A stretch of DNA of 32,000 nucleotides, from positions 60,001 to 92,000 of the forward strand of contig OZ245768.1 in NCBI GenBank assembly GCA_965227835.1, written 5' to 3'. Origin of the DNA: Candidatus Saccharimonadota bacterium. GTDB lineage: Bacteria; Patescibacteriota; Gracilibacteria; BD1-5; UBA6164. A program made the position numbers and the translations under genes. Numbering within the stretch: position 1 is the stretch's first letter; every line of letters begins with the position of its first letter. Below are positions 22,748 to 32,000 of this stretch, one piece after another. The notes under the pieces were generated by a model that saw only the letters and a list, made by a program, of their open reading frames with translations, was not told the DNA's origin and did not search any database.

Positions 22748-23524
22748 ATGGATAAAAAAATTTTGAATGAAATGTTTGATAACTTATTACACATAGGTAA
22801 TAAAACTAACTATTGGAATCCTAGAATGAAGGAATATATATATGGATCTGTGAATGGTATACATGTTTTTAACTTGATAAAAACATCAGGAGAACTTGAA
22901 AAATTAAAATCAGTTTTGAAAGAACAGGTACAAGAAGGCAAAAAAATTCTTTTTGTTGCTACCAAACTTCAAGCTAGAAGTGCTTTTGCAAAACTTGCAA
23001 CAGATACATGAAATTTTTATGTTACAGAGAAATGGGTTCCAGGGCTTTTAACTAATTTTAAAACAATAAGGAAAAGAATAACTAGTTATTTAAAACTATT
23101 GAGAGATTCTGAAACAAATGCTTTTGATATTCTCACTAAAAAAGAAAAGGCTTCCAAACTTTTAGAACTTGAAAAACTGAATAAAGCTTTTAAATGACTT
23201 AAAGAAATGAAAAAAGTCCCTGACTTGATTTTTGTAGTTGATGGTTTTTTTGAATCACAAGCTTTGAGAGAAGCTAATTCTCTTAATATAAAATCTTTAG
23301 CTGTTCTAAATACAAATGGTGATCCTTACAAGCTAGATTCTTTTGTCCCTGCTAATACTAACTCAGTTAAATCTATAAACTATATAGTATGAGAATTAAA
23401 ATCATGTTTTAGTTGAGTAAAGGTTACTCCAAAGACTCTACCTAAGAAACTAACTGATAGAAAAATTTCAGCTTCAAAAGAAGATTTGTCAGAGAAAACT
23501 CAAGAAAAAGTTTGAGAGAAATAA
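22748..23524 (+). CDS. rpsB: 30S ribosomal protein S2
   Basis: 258-codon ORF verified open. Motifs: HIGNKTNYWNPRM, ILFVATK, EKWVPGLLTN, PDLIFVVD. Confidence 0.92.
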
Positions 23525-23562
23525 TGAATAAAATATATTTTAATTTTTAAGTAAAAAATATT

Positions 23563-24348
23563 ATGGCAATCACTGCTACACAAGTAAAAGAACTTAGAGA
23601 AAGGACTTGAATTGGTATGATGGAGTGTAAAAAAGCTCTTACAGAAACTAATTGAGATATGGAGAAAGCAATTGAAGAGTTGAGAAAAAAAGGTTTGGCA
23701 AAAGCTGCTAAAAAAGCAGATAGAAAAGTAAGTGAAGGGGGTATAAAAATTATTAGTGAAGGTTCTAAAGCTTATGTTATCTCTGTTGCTTGTGAAACTG
23801 ATTTTCTTGCTAACTCGGATAAATTTAAATCAATGTTATCAGATATAGCTAATTTTTTAAAAGAAAATGGTTCAGATTCAAAAGAACAAGCTCAAGAACT
23901 TATTAATAAAAATTATGCTCTTGAAATGTGAGAGAATTTACAGGTTTTAAACTATGAAGTTTTAGAGGCTCCTGTTATTGCTTCTTATGTTCATTCAAAT
24001 GGTAAACTTGCTTCTTTGGTTTCTGCTAATAGTGGAACTGATGAAGAAAAAGTTAAACAGGTTGCTATGCATGTTACTGCTTCAAATCCAGAGTATTTAT
24101 CTCCTGAAGATATTTCTGATGAAACTATTGAGAAAGAAAAGGCTATTCAATTGGAGATAATGAAAAATGATCCTAAGATGCAAGGGAAACCAGATGAGGT
24201 TTTGTTGAAAATTATTGAAGGGAAGATGTGAAAGTTTAAATCAGAAATTTCTTTACTTGAACAAGCTTTTATAATAGATCCTAATCAGAAGGTTAAAAAT
24301 TTTATAGGTGAAGGAAGTTTGATTTCTTTTAAAAGATATTCTATATAA
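23563..24348 (+). CDS. tsf: Translation elongation factor Ts
   Basis: 261-codon ORF verified open. Motifs: VKELRERTGIGMMECKKAL, ACETDFLA, VAMHVTASNP. Conserved rpsB-tsf gene order. Confidence 0.92.
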
Positions 24349-24355
24349 TGGTTTT

Positions 24356-24395
24356 AGGTAAGGTTTTAATCTAGTTTTAAAACTTTACCTTTTTT
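24356..24395 (+). terminator. Intrinsic terminator of the rpsB-tsf unit
   Basis: 13-bp stem AGGTAAGGTTTTA...TAAAACTTTACCT (one G-T pair) followed by TTTTT. Confidence 0.75.
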
Positions 24396-24420
24396 CAAAT
24401 GTAAAAATCTTATCTCAATT

Positions 24421-24675
24421 TTCTATCCTTTCTGGGAGTAGAAATAAACTTAGTTGTATCCACCTTATACTGGTTTTCTCCAGTTTACTCTAGCCCGAGC
24501 AAAACCTCATCCTAGCCCAATCAGAAATCACCCCAGTCCTTCTCTAGTTCCACCTCACCTCCGTACAGCCCTCACCCTAACCCTCTCCTTTTGGAAGGAG
24601 AGGGAATAGAACAGAAGAAAGGATAGAAATGGAAAGAATAGAACTGGAAAGGATAGAACAAGGATATTAGAATAT
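24421..24675 (+). other. Non-coding C-rich, G-poor module closed by a 13-bp inverted repeat, followed by five GATAGAA-type direct repeats at 14-16 bp spacing
   Basis: TTCTATCCTTTCT (24421-24433) pairs with AGAAAGGATAGAA (24616-24628). There is an internal 10-bp hairpin CCCTCTCCTT-TTGG-AAGGAGAGGG (24581-24604). (A/G)ATAGAA(C/A) recurs at about 24605, 24621, 24637 and 24652, with a diverged fifth copy ATTAGAAT at about 24666. No ATG-initiated ORF of 60 codons or more in any frame. Confidence 0.6.
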
Positions 24676-24766
24676 TTATTACTTGATTTAGGGTAAGATT
24701 TAGAAATTGTTTTTCTTTTAAATGAATTTTTTAGTGTTTTCTTGATAATCTTTTGATTTTTTATTT

Positions 24767-24841
24767 AGTCCCGTAGTTAAACGGCTATAACACAGGACTC
24801 CAAATCCTGTATTCGGGGTTCGATTCCTCGCGGGACTGCCA
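24767..24841 (+). tRNA. tRNA-Trp (anticodon CCA)
   Basis: Cloverleaf folded by hand. Acceptor AGTCCCG/CGGGACT, anticodon loop CTCCAAA, T-loop TTCGATT, discriminator G, encoded CCA. Anticodon CCA reads UGG only. Confidence 0.9.
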
Positions 24842-24852
24842 GTTAATAGTTG

Positions 24853-24888
24853 AAAAAAAGCTCCTAGACGAAGTCTAGGAGCTTTTTT
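24853..24888. terminator. Bidirectional intrinsic terminator
   Basis: AAAAAAGCTCCTAGAC-GAA-GTCTAGGAGCTTTTTT lies between tRNA-Trp and the convergent protease gene. Confidence 0.8.
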
Positions 24889-24905
24889 AAAATATCTAAA
24901 TCTAT

Positions 24906-25802
24906 TTATTTTATTTGGCTTAATACGGTAGGGAGCATTGATAAATAAAACATACTGAATAAAAATATCGTTAGTGATATATAGCTTAAAATAGCCAGCC
25001 ACAACCACATTATACGCTTATATTTAGAGAGTTTGGGTCTTTTGATATTACTATTCTCAATATTTTCAGTCATTTTTACTTTTAGAATAGAGAAAATTAC
25101 TAATAGAACACCTAAAAGTATATAAACTCCATTAATCCATATATTCTCATTTCCATATCCTTTAATTATTAGATAAACCATAGCAAACCATGCTAATACT
25201 GAAATTCCAGTTTGTATTTTCACATTTATAATCTTTGTAAAAGACATAATAATAATCCAAACTAAAATAATTAATGGATTTTGGAAAAGCAGTGAGAATA
25301 ATGTTAATATTATGATTCCAAAATATTTGCTTCGTTCACTAATAGCTTGAGTAATATGACCACCATCAAGAGGATTAATTGGTATAAGATTGAAAAAATT
25401 AATAAAGAACCCAATTTGACTAATTGTAAGCAAGTTAGCTGCAAGTTCACTTTGTTTGTTATCAATAAGATACCATATAAAAAAGAATATCATAGTAGAT
25501 AATCCTCCAAGAATTGGACCACCTATACCTATTATAGCCTCATCATTCCTATTTTTTATAATTTTGGGTATTGCTATAACTGCACCTAAAAAAGGAATAA
25601 ATATAGGAGGAGGAGTCTCGTAACCAAGTTTTTTTATTGCCAATACATGACCAATTTCATGAAAAAATATAAGTACCACAACTCCTATAGAAACCCATAA
25701 GTTAAAAATAGATTGATATGCAATTATTGAAACTATCATGCTCAATAATGTAACCTTGGAAATATATAAATTTATATGTTTTCCATTTTTTTTCGTATCC
25801 AT
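24906..25802 (-). CDS. Site-2 protease family (M50) membrane metalloprotease; TGA-free ORF with Shine-Dalgarno
   Basis: 298-aa ORF, intact even in the standard code. HEIGH zinc motif and NLIPINPLDGG in hydrophobic helices, with multiple TM segments. AAGGAGG lies 6 nt upstream of the ATG. All 19 Gly are GGN. TAA stop. Confidence 0.85.
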   Translation of the reverse strand: MDTKKNGKHINLYISKVTLLSMIVSIIAYQSIFNLWVSIGVVVLIFFHEIGHVLAIKKLGYETPPPIFIPFLGAVIAIPKIIKNRNDEAIIGIGGPILGGLSTMIFFFIWYLIDNKQSELAANLLTISQIGFFINFFNLIPINPLDGGHITQAISERSKYFGIIILTLFSLLFQNPLIILVWIIIMSFTKIINVKIQTGISVLAWFAMVYLIIKGYGNENIWINGVYILLGVLLVIFSILKVKMTENIENSNIKRPKLSKYKRIMWLWLAILSYISLTIFLFSMFYLSMLPTVLSQIK

Positions 25803-26085
25803 TTTATACCTCCTTTTAAATTAATTAATTGAATGGATATATATATTATAATTATTTTTTACAATAGTCAAAAAAATTTAATCTACCCATCATTATCATT
25901 TAATCTATCCACTTTTTACAAAATCAATATAGGAAAATAATTATAATTGAGGTAATGATAAATTATTTTTATCTTTTAAATTTTTAATATATTTTTTAGG
26001 AGTTTTGTATAATTTTTTTAAACTTATTAATGTTTTTAAAGAATTATTTATTTTAGGCATAATAGTAAAAAATGTGTGGCTAAAA

Positions 26086-26123
26086 AAGAAAGTATTTGGC
26101 ATAATATGGCTAAATACTTTCTT
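26086..26123 (-). terminator. Intrinsic terminator of the 26180-27232 gene
   Basis: 12-bp perfect stem AAGAAAGTATTT / AAATACTTTCTT with a 14-nt loop. On the minus strand it is followed by TTTT. Confidence 0.6.
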
Positions 26124-26179
26124 ACTTTTAGTAATGCAAAATAAAAGTTATTAAAAATTCTGTTTTAATAATTAAATAA

Positions 26180-27232
26180 CTAAGAAATAGCTCTTAATAA
26201 AATCACATCTTCAGCATTTAAAACTGAATTTATCAAAATACTACACATTTCATTTACTTTCATATCTATAGGCAATCATAATCAATCCTTTTCTCATTCT
26301 CTACAATAAAGCAAAGGAACTTTACTATAATCTCATTTTTTATAATATAATCACCTTATTTTATTCCTATCTCTATATAATCATTCTCATACCATACTAT
26401 GAGTTCATAAAATTTTCTCTGGAGTACCATGTGTCATATGTATAGTATCAGAGTAAATAGAACTTTCACTGCGGAAATCTGTTCAATAAGATTGAGAAAC
26501 TTTCACTCATCAAAGCATATCAATTTCTCATGTCCATCTAGTCAAAACTCTAAATTTATTCCATACTTTTGAATTACCTCAATCTATAAAATCTCTTAAT
26601 AACCTTATAAATATTTCAAAATGTGGTAAAAAAGCTCATTGATTCTTTCTGCAATAAAAATTTAAGGTTCTTTGCTTGGGTACTTCCAATATGTCGTTTG
26701 GTATTAAAATATTTTTAGTTAATAATTTAAATTGCCACATATTTACTTCAACAGATTGATTTTCAACTCATCCATTAAATCACTGGGATTTCAAATATTT
26801 TTTAGTATCAAACCTAAAAAGTATTTTTTCTGCCAAAAGTCTCCTTAGTCTTATATTTATACTATTATCAGTAATAAAATTATAAATATGATTAATACCT
26901 ATACGCTTTATATTACTTACAAGTGACATCTTAATACCAATTCAAACATTCTCATCATATAATATTTCTTCAATATCATAAAAATTAAGTCTTTTTACCT
27001 TTTTAATTATTATACCAATATAATACGGACTTGATTCACTAAACTTATGTTGAAGTATAAAATCCTTTATTTCCTCAAATTCTAAACTCTTGATATTTTT
27101 AGATATAGAATTTTTATCCTCTTCTGTTATATTAGGATTATTTAAGAAACCTTTTATTTCACAAAAATCTATTTCCTTTTTAGATGAATTAATTAATTCT
27201 GAGAATCATGGATTCATTTCATGATATTGCAT
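26180..27232 (-). CDS. Hypothetical protein (350 aa), no recognised domain
   Basis: ORF verified codon by codon and open only in code 25 (many TGA = Gly). ATG 27232, TAG 26182..26180. A TTGACA-type promoter lies upstream. No family motif recognised by eye. Confidence 0.7.
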
Positions 27233-27360
27233 TTTTAAATTTTTAGGAATTTATTTGACGATAATATATTTTTATATTTAAATATGTCAATATCTAATTT
27301 TTTAAGATTTAAATATTTGAATATTTTTTATACCATTATAAATAGTATGGAAATTTTTAT

Positions 27361-27388
27361 TTGACAAAAATATATTTTAAGATATAAT
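27361..27388 (+). promoter_or_regulatory. Sigma70-type promoter of the 27419 gene
   Basis: TTGACA (27361-27366), a 16-nt spacer, then TATAAT (27383-27388). The box ATTTGACAAAAATA also occurs at 28465-28478. Confidence 0.6.
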
Positions 27389-27418
27389 TCAAAATATTAT
27401 TTTTTAATTTAATTTTAT

Positions 27419-28135
27419 ATGTCCACAAATGCAAACGAACTTATTCTTGATTTATCAACTGGTAGTGTTTTGGAAAAAAGTATTTTACCAAGTACTAAAG
27501 ATATTTTGGATTCTAATAGTGATAAAATATCTGATATTTTTTTATCAGAATATAAAAAAGTAGAACTTTTTGAAAAAATTGATAACTCAGTGAATGAACT
27601 TAGAGAATGTTTAGCTAAAGATTTATCGTTGATTTGTAATATACTTACAAGACCAAAAACTCTTTATAATAAACTTAGAATTTTATTTGAAAAAGCAATT
27701 TTAAGTAAAATGGATATGAGCCATGTTGAACAAAAAATTTGTAGTTTATATAAACCAGTTCTTCGTAAAGAAGTTGAAATATCTTTTTATATTTATAAAA
27801 AATCTTTATTTAATAATAAAAAGTCTCCAGATACTCATTATGAAACTTCACTTTTAAACTCAATAAAAGAAGCAAAATCAAATGATGTTGATATAAGTGA
27901 TATTGAAAGAAGCTACAATTACTGCCGTAAATTAGAAGATTTGGGGCAAAATTTAATATCATTAAAAGACAGATTATCATCAGTGAAATGATTAAATTTA
28001 GAAAACCCTTGATATGTTTCTGAACTGGCAAGATTATCATTATCTTTAGTGGAAGAGTTTGAATTAGACTTAAAAAAACCTGAAGATATTGAGATATTTT
28101 TATCGAAAGTTGAAAGTAGTTTTTGAAGTATATAG
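27419..28135 (+). CDS. Hypothetical protein (238 aa), probably helical
   Basis: The track ORF 27419-27991 continues through three TGA codons to TAG 28133-28135, directly before a terminator hairpin. Gly-poor, K/E/L/S-rich. Confidence 0.7.
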
Positions 28136-28150
28136 TTATTTAATTTTAGT

Positions 28151-28189
28151 AAAATCTCTCTTATTGCCAAAAGCAATAAGAGAGATTTT
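28151..28189. terminator. Bidirectional intrinsic terminator
   Basis: AAAATCTCTCTTATTGC-CAAAA-GCAATAAGAGAGATTTT lies between two convergent ORFs. Confidence 0.8.
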
Positions 28190-28206
28190 AAACAAAAAAT
28201 TAATTT

Positions 28207-28407
28207 TCATCTCCTAGGTAGAAAACCTCTTATATAAAGAGCTTCTTCTATTGTTTTACCCTTTATATCTTTTTGCTCTATTCCCAACAAATTGGAATAT
28301 CTGTTAGGTGAAGATTCCCATTGTTTTATTTTAGTATCTTTACCCTCCACAAATATCTGTCCATTTCTGTGAATAGATATATTTTTACCTCTTAGCTTAA
28401 ACTGCAT
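28207..28407 (-). CDS. Small basic protein (66 aa); TGA-free ORF with Shine-Dalgarno
   Basis: AAGGAG lies 6 nt upstream of the ATG. All 6 Gly are GGN. The ORF ends in TGA 17 nt before the terminator hairpin. Under code 25 the frame stays open to 27919, antisense to the convergent gene. Confidence 0.5.
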   Translation of the reverse strand: MQFKLRGKNISIHRNGQIFVEGKDTKIKQWESSPNRYSNLLGIEQKDIKGKTIEEALYIRGFLPRR

Positions 28408-28437
28408 TTTTTGCTCCTTTATTTAAATGAGACTTAA

Positions 28438-28465
28438 ATCTTATTTCAAAAAAGCTATATGTCAA
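28438..28465 (-). promoter_or_regulatory. Candidate promoter of the 66-aa ORF
   Basis: On the minus strand: TTGACA (28465..28460), a 16-nt spacer, then TAAGAT (28443..28438). The -35 is one half of the palindrome TGTCAAATTTGACA. Confidence 0.45.
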
Positions 28466-28467
28466 AT

Positions 28468-28496
28468 TTGACAAAAATACATATATTAATTATAAT
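28468..28496 (+). promoter_or_regulatory. Consensus sigma70-type promoter of the 28579-29289 gene
   Basis: TTGACA (28468-28473), a 17-nt spacer, then TATAAT (28491-28496). Confidence 0.7.
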
Positions 28497-28578
28497 ACAT
28501 TTAAATACTAAGTTTTTAATAAAAATTTTAAATCACTAAAAATTCAAGTATATGAAAAATAATCATTTAAAACCAATT

Positions 28579-29289
28579 TTGGATGTAGTTGTAGAAGGTA
28601 AAAGACCTAAAAAGTCTTTTATTTATGTAAAAGATTTATTTGGTGAATCTGTAAAAATAGTTTTGGAAAAAGGTTCTAAATGCCCAACTTGTTGAGAAAA
28701 ATTTGATCCAAATTTAGATGATAATGATGAACAACCAAACAAACATAAAGACCATCTTAGTTGTGAATGGATAAATATTTCTGAACCAAAAATTAAAAAA
28801 TTCAAACTAAAAAAACCAATATCTAAAGTATATGATTATTCGACAGAAGAAAATTCTTTTATCATGGACTCATATTCAAAAATATTTATATCTTCTGTTG
28901 AAATAATTCCTTCATGACAGTTAATACTTATTTGACAAAATATAGTAAAATCACCATGACACTGGTATAAACAATCTTGTACCCAGTGATGGAATCCTTC
29001 TATCTCTCCACTTAAAAATAAAATCTATAATCCTAATGCTAGTAGAATAATCGTAGATAGATATTCAAAATGAAAAACTAAAAAGAGTCCTTGCAGAATA
29101 GTTTTTAATCCTACAGATAAAGAATGAATGTTTATTTATGACTGAGTTTTTTGATGAATTAAGAAAAATTGAAAAAAAATTGATGTTCCGTATTCTTATA
29201 TAGAAAATGCCTTATCTTTTATAATTAAAAATGAAGAATTAAAAAATCAGCTATGATTTAAAGAATTAGCCTTTAATTCACAAGTATAA
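28579..29289 (+). CDS. Hypothetical protein with N-terminal CPxCG zinc-ribbon-like motif
   Basis: The frame is open from 28531 to TAA 29287-29289, verified in code 25. Motifs: KCPTCGEKF and HLSCEW. The first in-frame ATG is far downstream. TTG 28579 is the nearest conventional start. ATG 28551 is one frame off (see findings). Confidence 0.6.
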
Positions 29290-29574
29290 TTTCAAAAATA
29301 CATTCATCTTAATTATATATTTTATGTTTTTAGGAGAACCTGGAAATTTAACATTTTGACAGAAAAAATAATTTTTTTGCTAATTTTCACTAAAAAATTT
29401 TATTCATAAAAATTATCTAAAGAATCTTTACTTTTATCCTGAACGAAGTAATTTTACCACAGGTACCTATATTTTATGCTTTAACAATGTTTATTTTTTG
29501 CAATAAGAACAAAACAATATATACTTCAAAGCATAATCAAAAATAATTCCAAAAACTCTAAAAATATTTTATAA

Positions 29575-31299
<1,725 letters not shown>

Positions 31300-31583
31300 T
31301 AACTTTTATATTCTTGTCAATATAGGGCTTCATCCCTTTGCTATATGATATTTTGGGTAAATAATTGTTACAGGTTGAAACTCTCTTCTTGGTATATTTT
31401 GAGTAGGTATGATAAGGGGCTGGAAATCTTTTTTGAGTTTTACAAAAGGCTAAAGCCTTCTGTTGAACTAAATATGATAAGAGACTGAAACTTCCTTTTG
31501 ATAATAAATACAACAAATAGCTTCAACCTTCTATTGAAGATCCATTCAATAAGAAATTATATATAAATTTAAAATAATGTATT

Positions 31584-32000
31584 ATGAATAATGAAAAAGA
31601 CATAATTATAATGGATTTAGAATATACTGCTTGGGAAGGAAACAATGAGCATTGATGGAGAGAAGACTTATGACAATACAAAGAGATAATACAAATAGGA
31701 GCTGTAAGGACAAATAGTACTTTTTCTAAAAAAATAGATAGTTTTTCGTGTTTCGTTAAACCTAAAATAAATTTTGTACTTTCTGAATATATAAAAAATC
31801 TTACAAAAATCTCTCAGGAAGATATAGACACTAAATGAATTGATTTCTTTGAAGCTATAGATAAATTTATTTCTTGGTCATGCTGACTACCTATATATAG
31901 CTATTGAAATGATTTTGGTATTATCAAACATAACTTTGAACTTTATAAGAAAGAAATTTCTTTCCCCAATGAATTTTATGATATAAAAGATACTTTTAAA
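31584..32000 (+). CDS. DEDDh-type 3'-5' exonuclease (DnaQ/KapD-like), 5' part; continues beyond the window
   Basis: ATG 31584, open to the window end in code 25. IIIMDLEYTAWEG is the ExoI motif (D-x-E). QIGAV follows. Confidence 0.7.

Noticed and set aside
24421-24700. Known structured RNAs (RNase P RNA, tmRNA, SRP RNA, 6S RNA) or a minus-strand G-quadruplex/telomere-like motif (GGGTTAGGGTGAGGG).
   Set aside because: I could not find the diagnostic conserved strings (e.g. GAGGAAAGTCC for RNase P, a tRNA-like 3' end plus tag ORF for tmRNA, the SRP GGAA/AGCA loop context). Only three closely spaced G3 tracts are present. I left it as an unclassified element in the findings.
24718-25008. 96-aa minus-strand ORF in the track.
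   Set aside because: It runs antisense across tRNA-Trp and its terminator and overlaps the 3' end of the protease gene. It is not a plausible gene.
27919-28176. 85-aa minus-strand ORF in the track, considered as an independent gene.
   Set aside because: It is antisense to the 3' end of the 27419-28135 gene and in frame with the read-through of the 66-aa ORF. It is treated as a read-through or shadow region rather than a separate gene.
24842-29300. A classical tRNA-integrated genomic island bounded by a direct repeat of the tRNA-Trp 3' end, with an integrase.
   Set aside because: No repeat of the tRNA 3' half and no integrase or recombinase gene are visible downstream within the window. Island status is therefore only compositional.
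31300-31583. A 284-bp intergenic region after the helicase gene, examined for an ncRNA or riboswitch. It has small hairpins, e.g. AAGGCT-AA-AGCCTT near 31451-31464.
   Set aside because: There is no recognisable conserved RNA motif, no strong extended structure and no repeat. It is probably a terminator plus the promoter region of the exonuclease gene.

Overview
This is an AT-rich bacterial segment read with genetic code 25 (UGA = Gly, as in Gracilibacteria/Absconditabacteria), not the standard code, which is why the supplied ORF track is fragmented. TGA falls on invariant Gly positions: GatB EDAGK/NRAG, AroB GGGVVGD, P-loops GxxxxGKT, DEAD-box HRIGRTGRAG. The tRNA-Trp here carries anticodon CCA. 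Re-translated, the window contains four blocks. (1) 1-14120, minus strand: a surface-glycan operon with GT2/GT4 transferases, two methyltransferases, a dehydratase/reductase/2-epimerase set, a 2OG oxygenase, a Wzx-type flippase and a lipoprotein. (2) 14324-17088: gatB and aroB. (3) 17067-21079: an IS5-family element inserted in the aroB 3' end, tRNA-His, and an IS30-like element whose transposase is split by an IS200-like element. (4) 21292-32000: rpsA-rpsB-tsf, tRNA-Trp, an island of orphan genes, a DEAD-box helicase and a partial exonuclease. The most unusual signal is four ORFs with no TGA sense codon, strong Shine-Dalgarno sites and G+C-rich hairpin terminators, which look like standard-code or code-neutral cassettes. 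Several glycan genes carry short-run (mostly homopolymer) frameshifts. No database searches were run; all family calls rest on motifs read from the translations.
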